Assembly (NCBI RefSeq): GCF_964355755.1
Contig: NC_092671.1
Coordinates: forward strand, 40,558,304-40,622,303
From: Antedon mediterranea
Lineage: Eukaryota; Animalia; Echinodermata
Length of the DNA: 64,000 bases
Direction of reading: 5' to 3'
Below the pieces are notes generated by a model that worked only from the letters and a program-made list of their open reading frames with translations, was not told where the DNA came from and ran no database searches. Position numbers and translations under genes: made by a program. Positions 22,655 through 34,679 of this stretch are shown here, in pieces. Every line of letters starts with the position of its first letter. The first letter of the stretch is position 1.

Positions 22655-25289
22655 TGTATCAGGGTAACAGGTATGCTTATACCCAAATACTTGAATGATT
22701 TATCTGCTGAATCTGACTTGAATCTGAGAAACCTTGTGGGACCCATTAAAGTAAAAGCTGGAATGATAAGTGACCATGCTATAAATAGTCATGAATATTT
22801 AGTGTATAATGTTTCAGTATGGGTCAGTTCATAAATGGACAAGGGATTTTGTTAATTGATTTGCATTTTTAATAGTTTCTTTTTTTGTATAACCGAATTT
22901 AAATTGATAATTACATGTGTATGACTCAAGTTACAATACAAACAGTCTGTAAACTACGAAATAACGTTATGGTAAATGTATATACCATCGGTTAAAAATT
23001 GTAATAGTACCCAACTGGGAATGGATGACACTTACTAGTGCCTAGCCCAAAGTGAAGGTTTTCATCTCCTTCCGACTGGTTACTAGGTAAGCATCTATAT
23101 TTTTATCTCTCTTAATTTTAGAATTGTTTTACTATAGTTAATATAGTTGATTGTTGATTGTTATACTAGACACTACAACGCAATAGTAGCCTATACTGTC
23201 GTTAATGATACGATCGATCGATCACTGATATGTTATCTTAAATAGTAACACTGTTTTTGTTCTATCTCCTTCCGACTGGTTACTAGCTTCAATAAAAGAA
23301 TTTAACTTTTCCAAACCAAGAACTGTCTCTGTGGATGATTTTATTGTGTTTGTGCCAGTGCTGCAGCTCCTGAAAATACTACGCGATAAAGCTACGACGC
23401 TAGTAGTCTGAACCTGTTACATTTGGTGCCGTGACCAGGATTTGCTGTTCAGCCAGGAAGGGATCACTCTCAAGAAAGACTACGATAAGTGCTGATTAGT
23501 CTTTTCTTGAGTTTTAACCAGCCATTTGGAAAGATGTGGATCTTACTCAACCTTACGTCCCTGAAGCTGCAGTACCAGAATCTGCTAATACAATATCCAT
23601 AGAACAATAAGAAACACCATCTATCAACCCTGCTTCTGCCCAGGCATCTGTGGAACCGTCAGAAACTTCTCCTTCAACTGAGCATGATATCACTCCCGTC
23701 GCAGTCGTCATGGATCATACTGATGATGATAACTCCTCAGGAGAAACACGTTCAGAACCAACCTTAAGTCTCCGACGTTCGAAACGTGTAATTAAACCGC
23801 CAGACCGATACGGCTTTATTTCTAAGTGGCTCTGGGGAACCCCTGCACTAACATTCCATGTGGGTTGTTTAGATGTTTGATTGTTTAAACTGTATTAATT
23901 TTGCTTGACACTTAACTTGTTTTTTTATATAATTATGTCTGAGAGAAGACAATTTTACTTGATTTTAATTTTAATCTCAATAGTTTAATTTGTTACCTTT
24001 ATTGTATACTGTATCTTTTGTATGATCATGTTTTTTTAACATACTTGTTTGCCATGTGTATGGCTTGTGTTATGTTGGTACATCACCTTGTGTTGGGTGG
24101 GATTGAACCTTCGAGTAGTAATCGCAGGATTTCGAGAAACTTGTGAAGTGTAAACGGGCACTTCTGTACACCGACTATTGTGGGGATGGCCATCCTTCAA
24201 TAGTTTATCCATTTGGATAAATTTTTATTGGTTGTTTCTAATAATTCTGCATAACTTCTCTCATTGGTTCAATCAGGTACAGGTATGCTGTTGTGATACA
24301 ACAGTTTGGTTTTTTTTATAAATGCCATTTAGTTAAGTTTTTTTATTTTTAGTTTTTTTATGTAATTCCCTATGATGTCATTTTCATTGTATAAATCGTG
24401 ACTAATGTACCAAGGTATTTAGGTTTAGGTTAATGCATTTGTATATCACTGAGATTTAGCAGATAAATGGGGGGGGGGGGGTGGGGGTGAGTGTAACAGG
24501 GTAACAGGTATGCTTATACCCAAATACTTGAATGATTTATCTGCTGAATCTGACTTGAATCTGAGAAACCTTGTGGGACCCATTAAAGTAAAAGCTGGAA
24601 TGATAAGTGACCATGCTATAAATAGATGAGTCACCTCATCCAAGTGGCGGGGAAAATGGTCATGAATATTTAGTGTATAATGTTTCAGTATGGGTCAGTT
24701 CATAAATGGACAAGGGATTTTGTTAATTGATTTGCATTTTTAATAGTTTCTTTTTTTGTATAACCGAATTTAAATTGATAATTACATGTGTATGACTCAA
24801 GTTACAATACAAACGGTCTGTAAACTACGAAATAACGTTATGGTAAATGTATATACCATCGGTTAAAAATTGTAATAGTACCCAACTGGGAATGGATGAC
24901 ACTTACTAGTGCCTAGCCCAAAGTGAAGGTTTTCATCTCCTTCCGACTGGTTACTAGGTAAGCATCTATATTTTTATCTCTCTTAATTTTAGAATTGTTT
25001 TACTATAGTTAATATAGTTGATTGTTGATTGTTATACTAGACACAACGCAATAGTAGCCTATACTGTCGTTAATGATACGATCGATCGATCACTGATATG
25101 TTATCTTAAATAGTAACACTGTTTTTGTTCTATCTCCTTCCGACTGGTTACTAGCTTCAATAAAAGAATTTAACTTTTCCAAACCAAGAACTGTCTCTGT
25201 GGATGATTTTATTGTGTTTGTGCCAGTGCTGCAGCTCCTGAAAATACTACGCGATAAAGCTACGACGCTAGTAGTACGAACCTGTTACA
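22655..25289 (+). mobile_element. Non-autonomous Gypsy-like LTR element, unit 1 (LTRs 22655-23421 and 24492-25289)
   Basis: TGT..ACA LTRs, TATA TSD, tRNA-His PBS at 23424, G-rich PPT before 24492, integrase-tail remnant LRRSKRVIKPPDRYG; no gag or RT. Confidence 0.9.
23424..23442 (+). promoter_or_regulatory. Primer-binding site complementary to tRNA-His
   Basis: TGGTGCCGTGACCAGGATT, 2 nt after the LTR end; recurs in all four units. Confidence 0.8.
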
Positions 25290-26305
25290 TATATTTGTAT
25301 TTGATACCTATTTTTCCTCATTTTGGTTATGTGACAATATTTGCGCATGTAAATCAAATAATAGTAACTGATCTGGTTCCATTCTTCCGTCAATTTCTTT
25401 GAAGTGCTCATGCTCGCAAACACTTTTAGTTTCCATATTTAGACCACAAGTCGAATTTGTTTTTAACAAAATTTAGCTGATCTCTACAATTGTCAATATT
25501 TATAATTATAACGATTATCTAGCCCAAGGAATATTAAAGTCGGTCAAGTACAAAGCCTTCTAATCACCAGTATTAATAGCAATATTTGAGTTTTCATTAA
25601 AACAAGATTTATGTTTATTTATAATTGCTCGTAAATTTTTATATAATAGTGAGTTTCAAACTCTAGGATTGTATTTATGAATTAATTTACTGTTAAAAGG
25701 AACTGCAATTGATATACTGTATTTTTTACAAATACTAAAACAATGGAAAGACACCTTACAACAACATAATTTGCTTAACTGAATAAAAATAAAAATTGTA
25801 TTGATACAATATTTATATTCATAATGATATAGTTTAATTATTTATAATGATATAGTTTAATTATTTATAATAATTATAATAATATTATTCTTCATATTAG
25901 CTACCGTATTGTATTTTATATAAAAAATGTAATATCAAATATTATAGTCATTTGAGGATATTTAAAAAATGAAACTTTTCTTGATTTATTCTCCTCAGTT
26001 CATTAATTTGTTTAATTTGTTTTCTTCTCTTTTTAAATTAATTTTTTTTAATAAAGGTGACTCAAAACAGCCGAGGCTGACATGCATGAGCCCTCAACAC
26101 AAATACGAGAAATACAATAACACAAAAATAGAAAAATATAGACGAATAAAAATATGAAAATTTCGAAACCCTCCGAAACAATGCTTATTTTTTTAGTCGA
26201 ACTCTTAAAATATTAAATGACGTTGAGTTTCGGATTTCGACGGGTAATGCATTGAGCAAATACGGTGCTTTAGTTGAAAAAACTGTCCATGAAGGTTTCA
26301 AGATA

Positions 26306-26310
<5 letters not shown>

Positions 26311-26353
<43 letters not shown>

Positions 26354-26665
26354 TTAGGTATTTGTATAGCGCCAGAATCAACTAAACCGAAGTAAAAATC
26401 CAAGGTGCTTATATTGGATGTTTTCTTCTCTTATTCTATTTTAAGGATCAAACTTCATAGTTGAAGGCTACTGCTCCACTAAGGGTACCATTGTGACATC
26501 GGCAGCCAACGACGGTGCCAATACGTCTGTCCACAACAGTGTGTGTGTATGAATTAACTAGTACACCGGGGTAACCCCCTACTCGTCTCGAAAGATGTAA
26601 TAGGTTCTTTAAAGTGCACATGAGCCAGATGTACACTGGTTTATAGTGCTTATCCGAGAAGACTA
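26311..26665 (-). mobile_element. 5'-truncated Deu/Nin-domain SINE with L2-type tail, repeated in every unit
   Basis: Minus strand GTCTTCTCGGATAAG..TTAAAGAACC..TTTCGAGACGAGTAGGGGGTTACCCCGGTGT resembles the DeuSINE/AmnSINE central domain; GGCGCTATACAAAT..(ATT)n tail. Confidence 0.6.
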
Positions 26666-27210
26666 TGGTAAAAAGATGCGTTTTAAGTTCTTTTTTAAAA
26701 ATAGCAATAGAAGTTGATTTAGTAAAATGACGAGGGAGAGAATTCTAATGAGAAGCAGCAGTGAACATGAAAGACCTTTGTCCATAAGGTGTTAATTGGT
26801 GTTAATTCTAGGAACAAGTAGTAGGTTTTGGTCAGCCAAACGAAGACAAGCAAGAGGGGTGTAGGAGGGAAGAAGATCAAGGAGATATTGTAGGTTGTTT
26901 AAGAAGTAGCGTTTTAAATGTTAGTAAAAGGATCTTATATTTTATACGGGAGTCAATAGGTAGCCCATGGCGGATAATAGGAGATATGTGTGAGGATCTT
27001 CTAGTAAGAGTTAGAATACGTGGACAGCAGCAGTGTTCTGGAGACGTTGAAGTCGATTCAATAAAGATTTCGGTAGGGCAAAAAAAAGAGAGTTGCAATA
27101 ATCAAGGCGAGTGACAGAGGCATTTATTAATGTAGAGGCAGTACGCTTTGAAGCAAGCATTGTTACGTAAATGAAAGTTAGTAGTTTTTGTATAAACATG
27201 ACTTATGTTT
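26666..27210 (-). mobile_element. L2-clade LINE ORF2 C-terminal remnant; continues uninterrupted to ~52345 only in the last unit
   Basis: TRLDYCNSLF, RLQRLQNTAA, LPIDSRIKYKILLLTFK, FKKNLKTHLF; beyond 52111 LLLSNSKTEFI and VKNLGVYFD. Confidence 0.8.
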
Positions 27211-27211
27211 T

Positions 27212-28387
27212 GTTGTGAGGTAAATTCCCGATTGATCGTAATCAAAACGGTACTGGGTATGGTCTACTAGATTTTCTGCTCCCAACCAGTACATCCATTC
27301 ATAGAAGCCTTAATGAAGTAAGCCTACCTGGTGGTGGCCATAGAACGGTCCCGAGATAACGACTATACTTCGGCTTTAGTCGATAGAAGATTGAATAAAT
27401 TGTTAGATAGAGATAGAGTATACGATGTTATGATTATTATGTGTAGATATGTGATTTGTTCTTTTTATTCCAATGATGTTATGTATTTAATAAATTTGTT
27501 ATATCAATTAATTAAATTATCGTAGATTGCATATTATGCGATGAATATTATTTAATAAATTTTTGATATATTATTATTATTATATTAATAAAAAAGATAT
27601 TTGTTAGTATAAATTAAAAAATATAGATATAAGGAAGAAAAGCAAAGAGATTATGGAGCGGCTGTACCAGAATATACAACACTAAGTATTGTAAAGTTAA
27701 TATTATATTAACAATTTAGGCGATCTTGTCAAAGGTCAAGCGCCTTCAGCCTGCCACGTTTCGATATTCAATATTGAACTTGACCTGACGTGGTTCCACA
27801 ATATCTTTATATGAATATGGTAGAGTGGATAGAAACATAAATTAATTTAAATTTAAAAAGTTTACCTTAATAACTGGTTTTGAACTGAATCGGTTGATGT
27901 CTTATCGTTGTATGTATGATTTGGTTTGTTTTAAAATTATGTTCGATAAAGTGCGTATGCGTATAGAATGGAAAGCTTGCGTTACGATGTACGCGTGTAA
28001 TGTTGTTTATATCGTATAATTAACAGATAAAGTATGAAAATATAGAAGGTATATGGTAGAAAACATAAAAAAGTAGTTTAGAATGTAGAAATAGGAAAAG
28101 TTTGTTAGTGCCAAAGTGTAGATTTTGAATGCGAGAAATGACTTGATGGTACAGTCCAACTAGAGTCCTATGTCGGCACCTAGGCCTATATAACGTTGTG
28201 AGGTAAATTCCCGATTGATCGTAATCAAAACGGTACTGGGTATGGTCTACTAGATTTTCTGCTCCCAACCAGTACATCCATTCATAGAAGCCTTAATGAA
28301 GTAAGCCTACCTGGTGGTGGCATGGCCATAGAACGGTCCCGAGATAACGACTTTACTTCGGCTTTAGTCGATAGAAGATTGAATAAA
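27212..28387. mobile_element. Terminally redundant non-coding element (983-bp period, ~188-bp direct repeats), retrozyme/Penelope-like; junction copy 1
   Basis: 27212-27399 repeated at 28195-28387 (5-bp insertion, one substitution seen); no TG..CA ends, PBS or real ORF; internal hammerhead-like motif. Confidence 0.65.
27722..27793 (-). ncRNA. Candidate non-circularly permuted hammerhead ribozyme
   Basis: Minus strand CCACGUC^AGGUCAAG-UUCAAUAUUGAA-UAUCGAAACGUGG-13 nt-CUUGACCU-UUGACAA-GAUC: 8-bp stem I, 6-bp stem III, 3-bp stem II, GAAA, GUC site and U3-A8 core variant. Confidence 0.65.
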
Positions 28388-28399
28388 ATATTAAATATT

Positions 28400-28961
28400 A
28401 AAGTGAAGGTTTTCATCTCCTTCTGACTGGTTACTAGCTTCAATAAAAGAATTTAACTTTTCCAAACCAAGAACTGTCTCTGTGGATGATTTTATTGTGT
28501 TTGTGCCAGTGCTGCAGCTCCTGAAAATACTACGCGATAAAGCTACGACGCTAGTAGTACGAACCTGTTACATATATTTGTATTTGATACCTATTTTTCC
28601 TCATTTTGGTTATGTGACAATATTTGCGCATGTAAATCAAATAATAGTAACTGATCTGGTTCCATTCTTCCGTCAATTTCTTTGAAGTGCTCATGCTCGC
28701 AAACACTTTTAGTTTCCATATTTAGACCACAAGTCGAATTTGTTTTTAACAAAATTTAGCTGATCTCTACAATTGTCAATATTTATAATTATAACGATTA
28801 TCTAGCCCAAGGAATATTAAAGTCGGTCAAGTACAAAGCCTTCTAATCACCAGTATTAATAGCAATATTTGAGTTTTCATTAAAACAAGATTTATGTTTA
28901 TTTATAATTGCTCGTAAATTTTTATATAATAGTGAGTTTCAAACTCTAGGATTGTATTTAT
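28400..28961 (+). repeat. Partial copy of the 3' LTR plus its downstream flank, lacking the 197-bp GT-AG segment
   Basis: Matches 24920-24957 joined directly to 25155-25678; has the 3'-LTR variant GTAGTACGAACC. Recurs at ~36726-37287 and ~45001-45562. Confidence 0.9.
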
Positions 28962-30936
28962 TTAAATTTAATTTAAAACATAGCTTGCTGTGCGCCTCTA
29001 GTGTGAACCAATAGTCGATATGTACCTTTATGGACTAATTTATTATGTTTCACTGGTTAGATAAGTATACAATTATTTAATTTAATTATACTTCTATTAA
29101 TATTATTACATTTTTGTTATAACATTAAAATTGTTTTAGTAAAGATTAAAAATTAATATAACTTAATGTGTTTGATATCTGTTTTGACATAATAAATAAT
29201 CAGTGGCTGTGATGTTAAGGTAACTTTAGCATATTCTTGGCCCTTCATAAGATATTCTCTTTGTCCCATGTTTGTATTCTTTTTGATGATATTCAAATTA
29301 TTTTTGTTTTTATTTGCTGTTCTGAATTGTTTGGTGTCGTAGTACTTACCTAGAGTAATCATACAATCTTGCAGTTCATCTTCTTTATCAAAAGTTAAAA
29401 ACATAAATGAATAGATAAATTATTATTTAATGTCGGTAATAATGATAATAAACTAAAAGAGTGTAGCGAGTAAAATTGTACGATAGTTTCTGCTCTTTAA
29501 ATACATCTATAAATGTGCAGTATACAACCTTAAATATTTGTCCTGTTTAGAAAACTAATGTAGAGTACTTGCATTTATTTTTCTTGGTATAGTACTCCGT
29601 TAAAGTTTAAAACTAATAACAGAAAATAAAACATACATTGATTTTTTGTTTGCTCTGAATTGTTCAAAAAGTATTCATTTTGGAAAATGGTTTCCAGTGA
29701 AGAATGTAAGTAACATGAAACTAAGACGTGTAAAGTATCAACAACCCAAATGCAGAGTTGAAAGATATAGAAAAAGTGCAATACCATACCTTATCTCGCT
29801 TCTAAATGAATAATCAGTATATATCACCCAGTACAGCTTTGCGATTCTTATTGATGCTTTTAGGTGTTTTTTTTTTTCTATTTTAATATTTTAAACTAAA
29901 GTTTTTGAATGTTCCTGTATTGTATTTCTTGTGTAAATTGCCTCCTTTTTATATTTTTTTATCATTGGTTTTTATACTTTTATACAAATTTTAATATTGA
30001 ACAAATGTAAATATCTTTGTAATTCAGCTAAGGCTGCGATAATGATATTGAAATAAATGAAATGAAATGAAAAAAAAAATTTCCGGCAATTTTCTGATTC
30101 TAAAATGGCCACAGTTCGATCGAAGTATTCGAGGAAAAGGAGCTGTTTTGAAAGGCTTTTTTTTTTAAGATATTTTTTTCAAAATAAATATATTGCCGAG
30201 TGTTCGATATCCTTTCCTAAACTCGGCTTGCTACAATGTTACCCATCTGTCCACATTGAATCAGTCTATTGCATTAAGGTTGGTGAGTACCCTGCCAAAA
30301 TACGCCAGAATTTTGCCAAAATACGAAAATTGAAAATACGAAAATACGAAAATTGAAAATTTCAACTGACAAATATTAATTGAAGAGAAGCTTAACTTCT
30401 ATTTCTTATGTTCATTTAGGAGGACATCATTCAATAATATGTTGCTGATCATACCATCAATACCCAGGTATTATCCTTTTATTTATAACTTCATCTAATT
30501 TATAAATTACTAAAATATCGATGCCATTCCATTAATGAAATTTCATTTGATGTATTGTTTTTTTCTCTTCTGAGATTTAGCCAGAATCTTCAATATCGTT
30601 TTCGTCGAAGAGTCTTATTATGTTTTTCCTTTTTGTTTTGTCTTTTTTTCCCGTTTTAATAGATTTTTAGTATATATTTATTTCTTAAATAAGCATGTGT
30701 TGTTTTTCATGGTTATAATTTATATTATTTATTGTTTTAAGGTTTTTTCAATTATCCATTCTCTATCCTACTAGGTATTTTTTATCAATTGCTCTTTAAA
30801 TGCATATTTGATTGATTTTTCATATGTAGTAATATCTTTGTCAATATTTTTTGCTGATTGTCACCATGAAATTGTTATCGGGTTTTTCCAGTTATGCATG
30901 GCACTATCTATTTCTAAATAGTCATCTGTTTATATA

Positions 30937-33606
30937 TGTATCAGGGTAACAGGTATGCTTATACCCAAATACTTGAATGATTTATCTGCTGAATCTGACT
31001 TGAATCTGAGAAACCTTGTGGGACCCATTAAAGTAAAAGCTGGAATGATAAGTGACCATGCTATAAAGAGATGAGTCACCTCATCCAAGTGGCGAGGAAA
31101 ATGGTCATGAATATTTAGTGTATAATGTTTCAGTATGGGTCAGTTCATAAATGGACAAGGGATTTTGTTAATTGATTTGCATTTTTAATAGTTTCTTTTT
31201 TTGTATAACCGAATTTAAATTGATAATTACATGTGTATGACTCAAGTTACAATACAAACAGTCTGTAAACTACGAAATAACGTTATGGTAAATGTATATA
31301 CCATCGGTTAAAAATTGTAATAGTACCCAACTGGGAATGGATGACACTTACTAGTGCCTAGCCCAAAGTGAAGGTTTTCATCTCCTTCCGACTGGTTACT
31401 AGGTAAGCATCTATATTTTTATCTCTCTTAATTTTAGAATTGTTTTACTATAGTTAATATAGTTGATTGTTGATTGTTATACTAGACACTACAACGCAAT
31501 AGTAGCCTATACTGTCGTTAATGATACGATCGATCGATCACTGATATGTTATCTTAAATAGTAACACTGTTTTTGTTCTATCTCCTTCCGACTGGTTACT
31601 AGCTTCAATAAAAGAATTTAACTTTTCCAAACCAAGAACTGTCTCTGTGGATGATTTTATTGTGTTTGTGCCAGTGCTGCAGCTCCTGAAAATACTACGC
31701 GATAAAGCTACGACGCTAGTAGTCTGAACCTGTTACATTTGGTGCCGTGACCAGGATTTGCTGTTCAGCCAGGAAGGGATCACTCTCAAGAAAGACTACG
31801 ATAAGTGCTGATTAGTCTTTTCTTGAGTTTTAACCAGCCATTTGGAAAGATGTGGATCTTACTCAACCTTACGTCCCTGAAGCTGCAGTACCAGAATCTG
31901 CTAATACAATATCCATAGAACAATAAGAAACACCATCTATCAACCCTGCTTCTGCCCAGGCATCTGTGGAACCGTCAGAAACTTCTCCTTCAACTGAGCA
32001 TGATATCACTCCCGTCGCAGTCGTCATGGATCATACTGATGATGATAACTCCTCAGGAGAAACACGTTCAGAACCAACCTTAAGTCTCCGACGTTCGAAA
32101 CGTGTAATTAAACCGCCAGACCGATACGGCTTTATTTCTAAGTGGCTCTGGGGAACCCCTGCACTAACATTCCATGTGGGTTGTTTAGATGTTTGATTGT
32201 TTAAACTGTATTAATTTTGCTTGACACTTAACTTGTTTTTTTATATAATTATGTCTGAGAGAAGACAATTTTACTTGATTTTAATTTTAATCTCAATAGT
32301 TTAATTTGTTACCTTTATTGTATACTGTATCTTTTGTATGATCATGTTTTTTTAACATACTTGTTTGCCATGTGTATGGCTTGTGTTATGTTGGTACATC
32401 ACCTTGTGTTGGGTGGGATTGAACCTTCGAGTAGTAATCGCAGGATTTCGAGAAACTTGTGAAGTGTAAACGGGCACTTCTGTACACCGACTATTGTGGG
32501 GATGGCCATCCTTCAATAGTTTATCCATTTGGATAAATTTTTATTGGTTGTTTCTAATAATTCTGCATAACTTCTCTCATTGGTTCAATCAGGTACAGGT
32601 ATGCTGTTGTGATACAACAGTTTGGTTTTTTTTATAAATGCCATTTAGTTAAGTTTTTTTATTTTTAGTTTTTTTATGTAATTCCCTATGATGTCATTTT
32701 CATTGTATAAATCGTGACTAATGTACCAAGGTATTTAGGTTTAGGTTAATGCATTTGTATATCACTGAGATTTAGCAGATAAATGGGGGGGGGGGGGGTG
32801 GGGGTGAGTGTAACAGGGTAACAGGTATGCTTATACCCAAATACTTGAATGATTTATCTGCTGAATCTGACTTGAATCTGAGAAACCTTGTGGGACCCAT
32901 TAAAGTAAAAGCTGGAATGATAAGTGACCATGCTATAAATAGATGAGTCACCTCATCCAAGTGGCGGGGAAAATGGTCATGAATATTTAGTGTATAATGT
33001 TTCAGTATGGGTCAGTTCATAAATGGACAAGGGATTTTGTTAATTGATTTGCATTTTTAATAGTTTCTTTTTTTGTATAACCGAATTTAAATTGATAATT
33101 ACATGTGTATGACTCAAGTTACAATACAAACGGTCTGTAAACTACGAAATAACGTTATGGTAAATGTATATACCATCGGTTAAAAATTGTAATAGTACCC
33201 AACTGGGAATGGATGACACTTACTAGTGCCTAGCCCAAAGTGAAGGTTTTCATCTCCTTCCGACTGGTTACTAGGTAAGCATCTATATTTTTATCTCTCT
33301 TAATTTTAGAATTGTTTTACTATAGTTAATATAGTTGATTGTTGATTGTTATACTAGACACAACGCAATAGTAGCCTATACTGTCGTTAATGATACGATC
33401 GATCGATCACTGATATGTTATCTTAAATAGTAACACTGTTTTTGTTCTATCTCCTTCCGACTGGTTACTAGCTTCAATAAAAGAATTTAACTTTTCCAAA
33501 CCAAGAACTGTCTCTGTGGATGATTTTATTGTGTTTGTGCCAGTGCTGCAGCTCCTGAAAATACTACGCGATAAAGCTACGACGCTAGTAGTACGAACCT
33601 GTTACA
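30937..33606 (+). mobile_element. Non-autonomous LTR element, unit 2
   Basis: Same structure as unit 1; 5' LTR lacks the ~34-bp deletion. Confidence 0.9.
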
Positions 33607-34622
33607 TATATTTGTATTTGATACCTATTTTTCCTCATTTTGGTTATGTGACAATATTTGCGCATGTAAATCAAATAATAGTAACTGATCTGGTTCCATT
33701 CTTCCGTCAATTTCTTTGAAGTGCTCATGCTCGCAAACACTTTTAGTTTCCATATTTAGACCACAAGTCGAATTTGTTTTTAACAAAATTTAGCTGATCT
33801 CTACAATTGTCAATATTTATAATTATAACGATTATCTAGCCCAAGGAATATTAAAGTCGGTCAAGTACAAAGCCTTCTAATCACCAGTATTAATAGCAAT
33901 ATTTGAGTTTTCATTAAAACAAGATTTATGTTTATTTATAATTGCTCGTAAATTTTTATATAATAGTGAGTTTCAAACTCTAGGATTGTATTTATGAATT
34001 AATTTACTGTTAAAAGGAACTGCAATTGATATACTGTATTTTTTACAAATACTAAAACAATGGAAAGACACCTTACAACAACATAATTTGCTTAACTGAA
34101 TAAAAATAAAAATTGTATTGATACAATATTTATATTCATAATGATATAGTTTAATTATTTATAATGATATAGTTTAATTATTTATAATAATTATAATAAT
34201 AATATTCTTCATATTAGCTACCGTATTGTATTTTATATAAAAAATGTAATATCAAATATTATAGTCATTTGAGGATATTTAAAAAATGAAACTTTTCTTG
34301 ATTTATTCTCCTCAGTTCATTAATTTGTTTAATTTGTTTTCTTCTCTTTTTAAATTAATTTTTTTTAATAAAGGTGACTCAAAACAGCCGAGGCTGACAT
34401 GCATGAGCCCTCAACACAAATACGAGAAATACAATAACACAAAAATAGAAAAATATAGACGAATAAAAATATGAAAATTTCGAAACCCTCCGAAACAATG
34501 CTTATTTTTTTAGTCGAACTCTTAAAATATTAAATGACGTTGAGTTTCGGATTTCGACGGGTAATGCATTGAGCAAATACGGTGCTTTAGTTGAAAAAAC
34601 TGTCCATGAAGGTTTCAAGATA

Positions 34623-34679
<57 letters not shown>

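Noticed and set aside
27305-27352. Canonical plus-strand hammerhead in the direct repeat (TTAATGA...GAAC)
   Set aside because: Core deviates at essential positions (no CUGA, no GAAA) and no NUH/stem I junction could be built; kept only as a structured-RNA lead.
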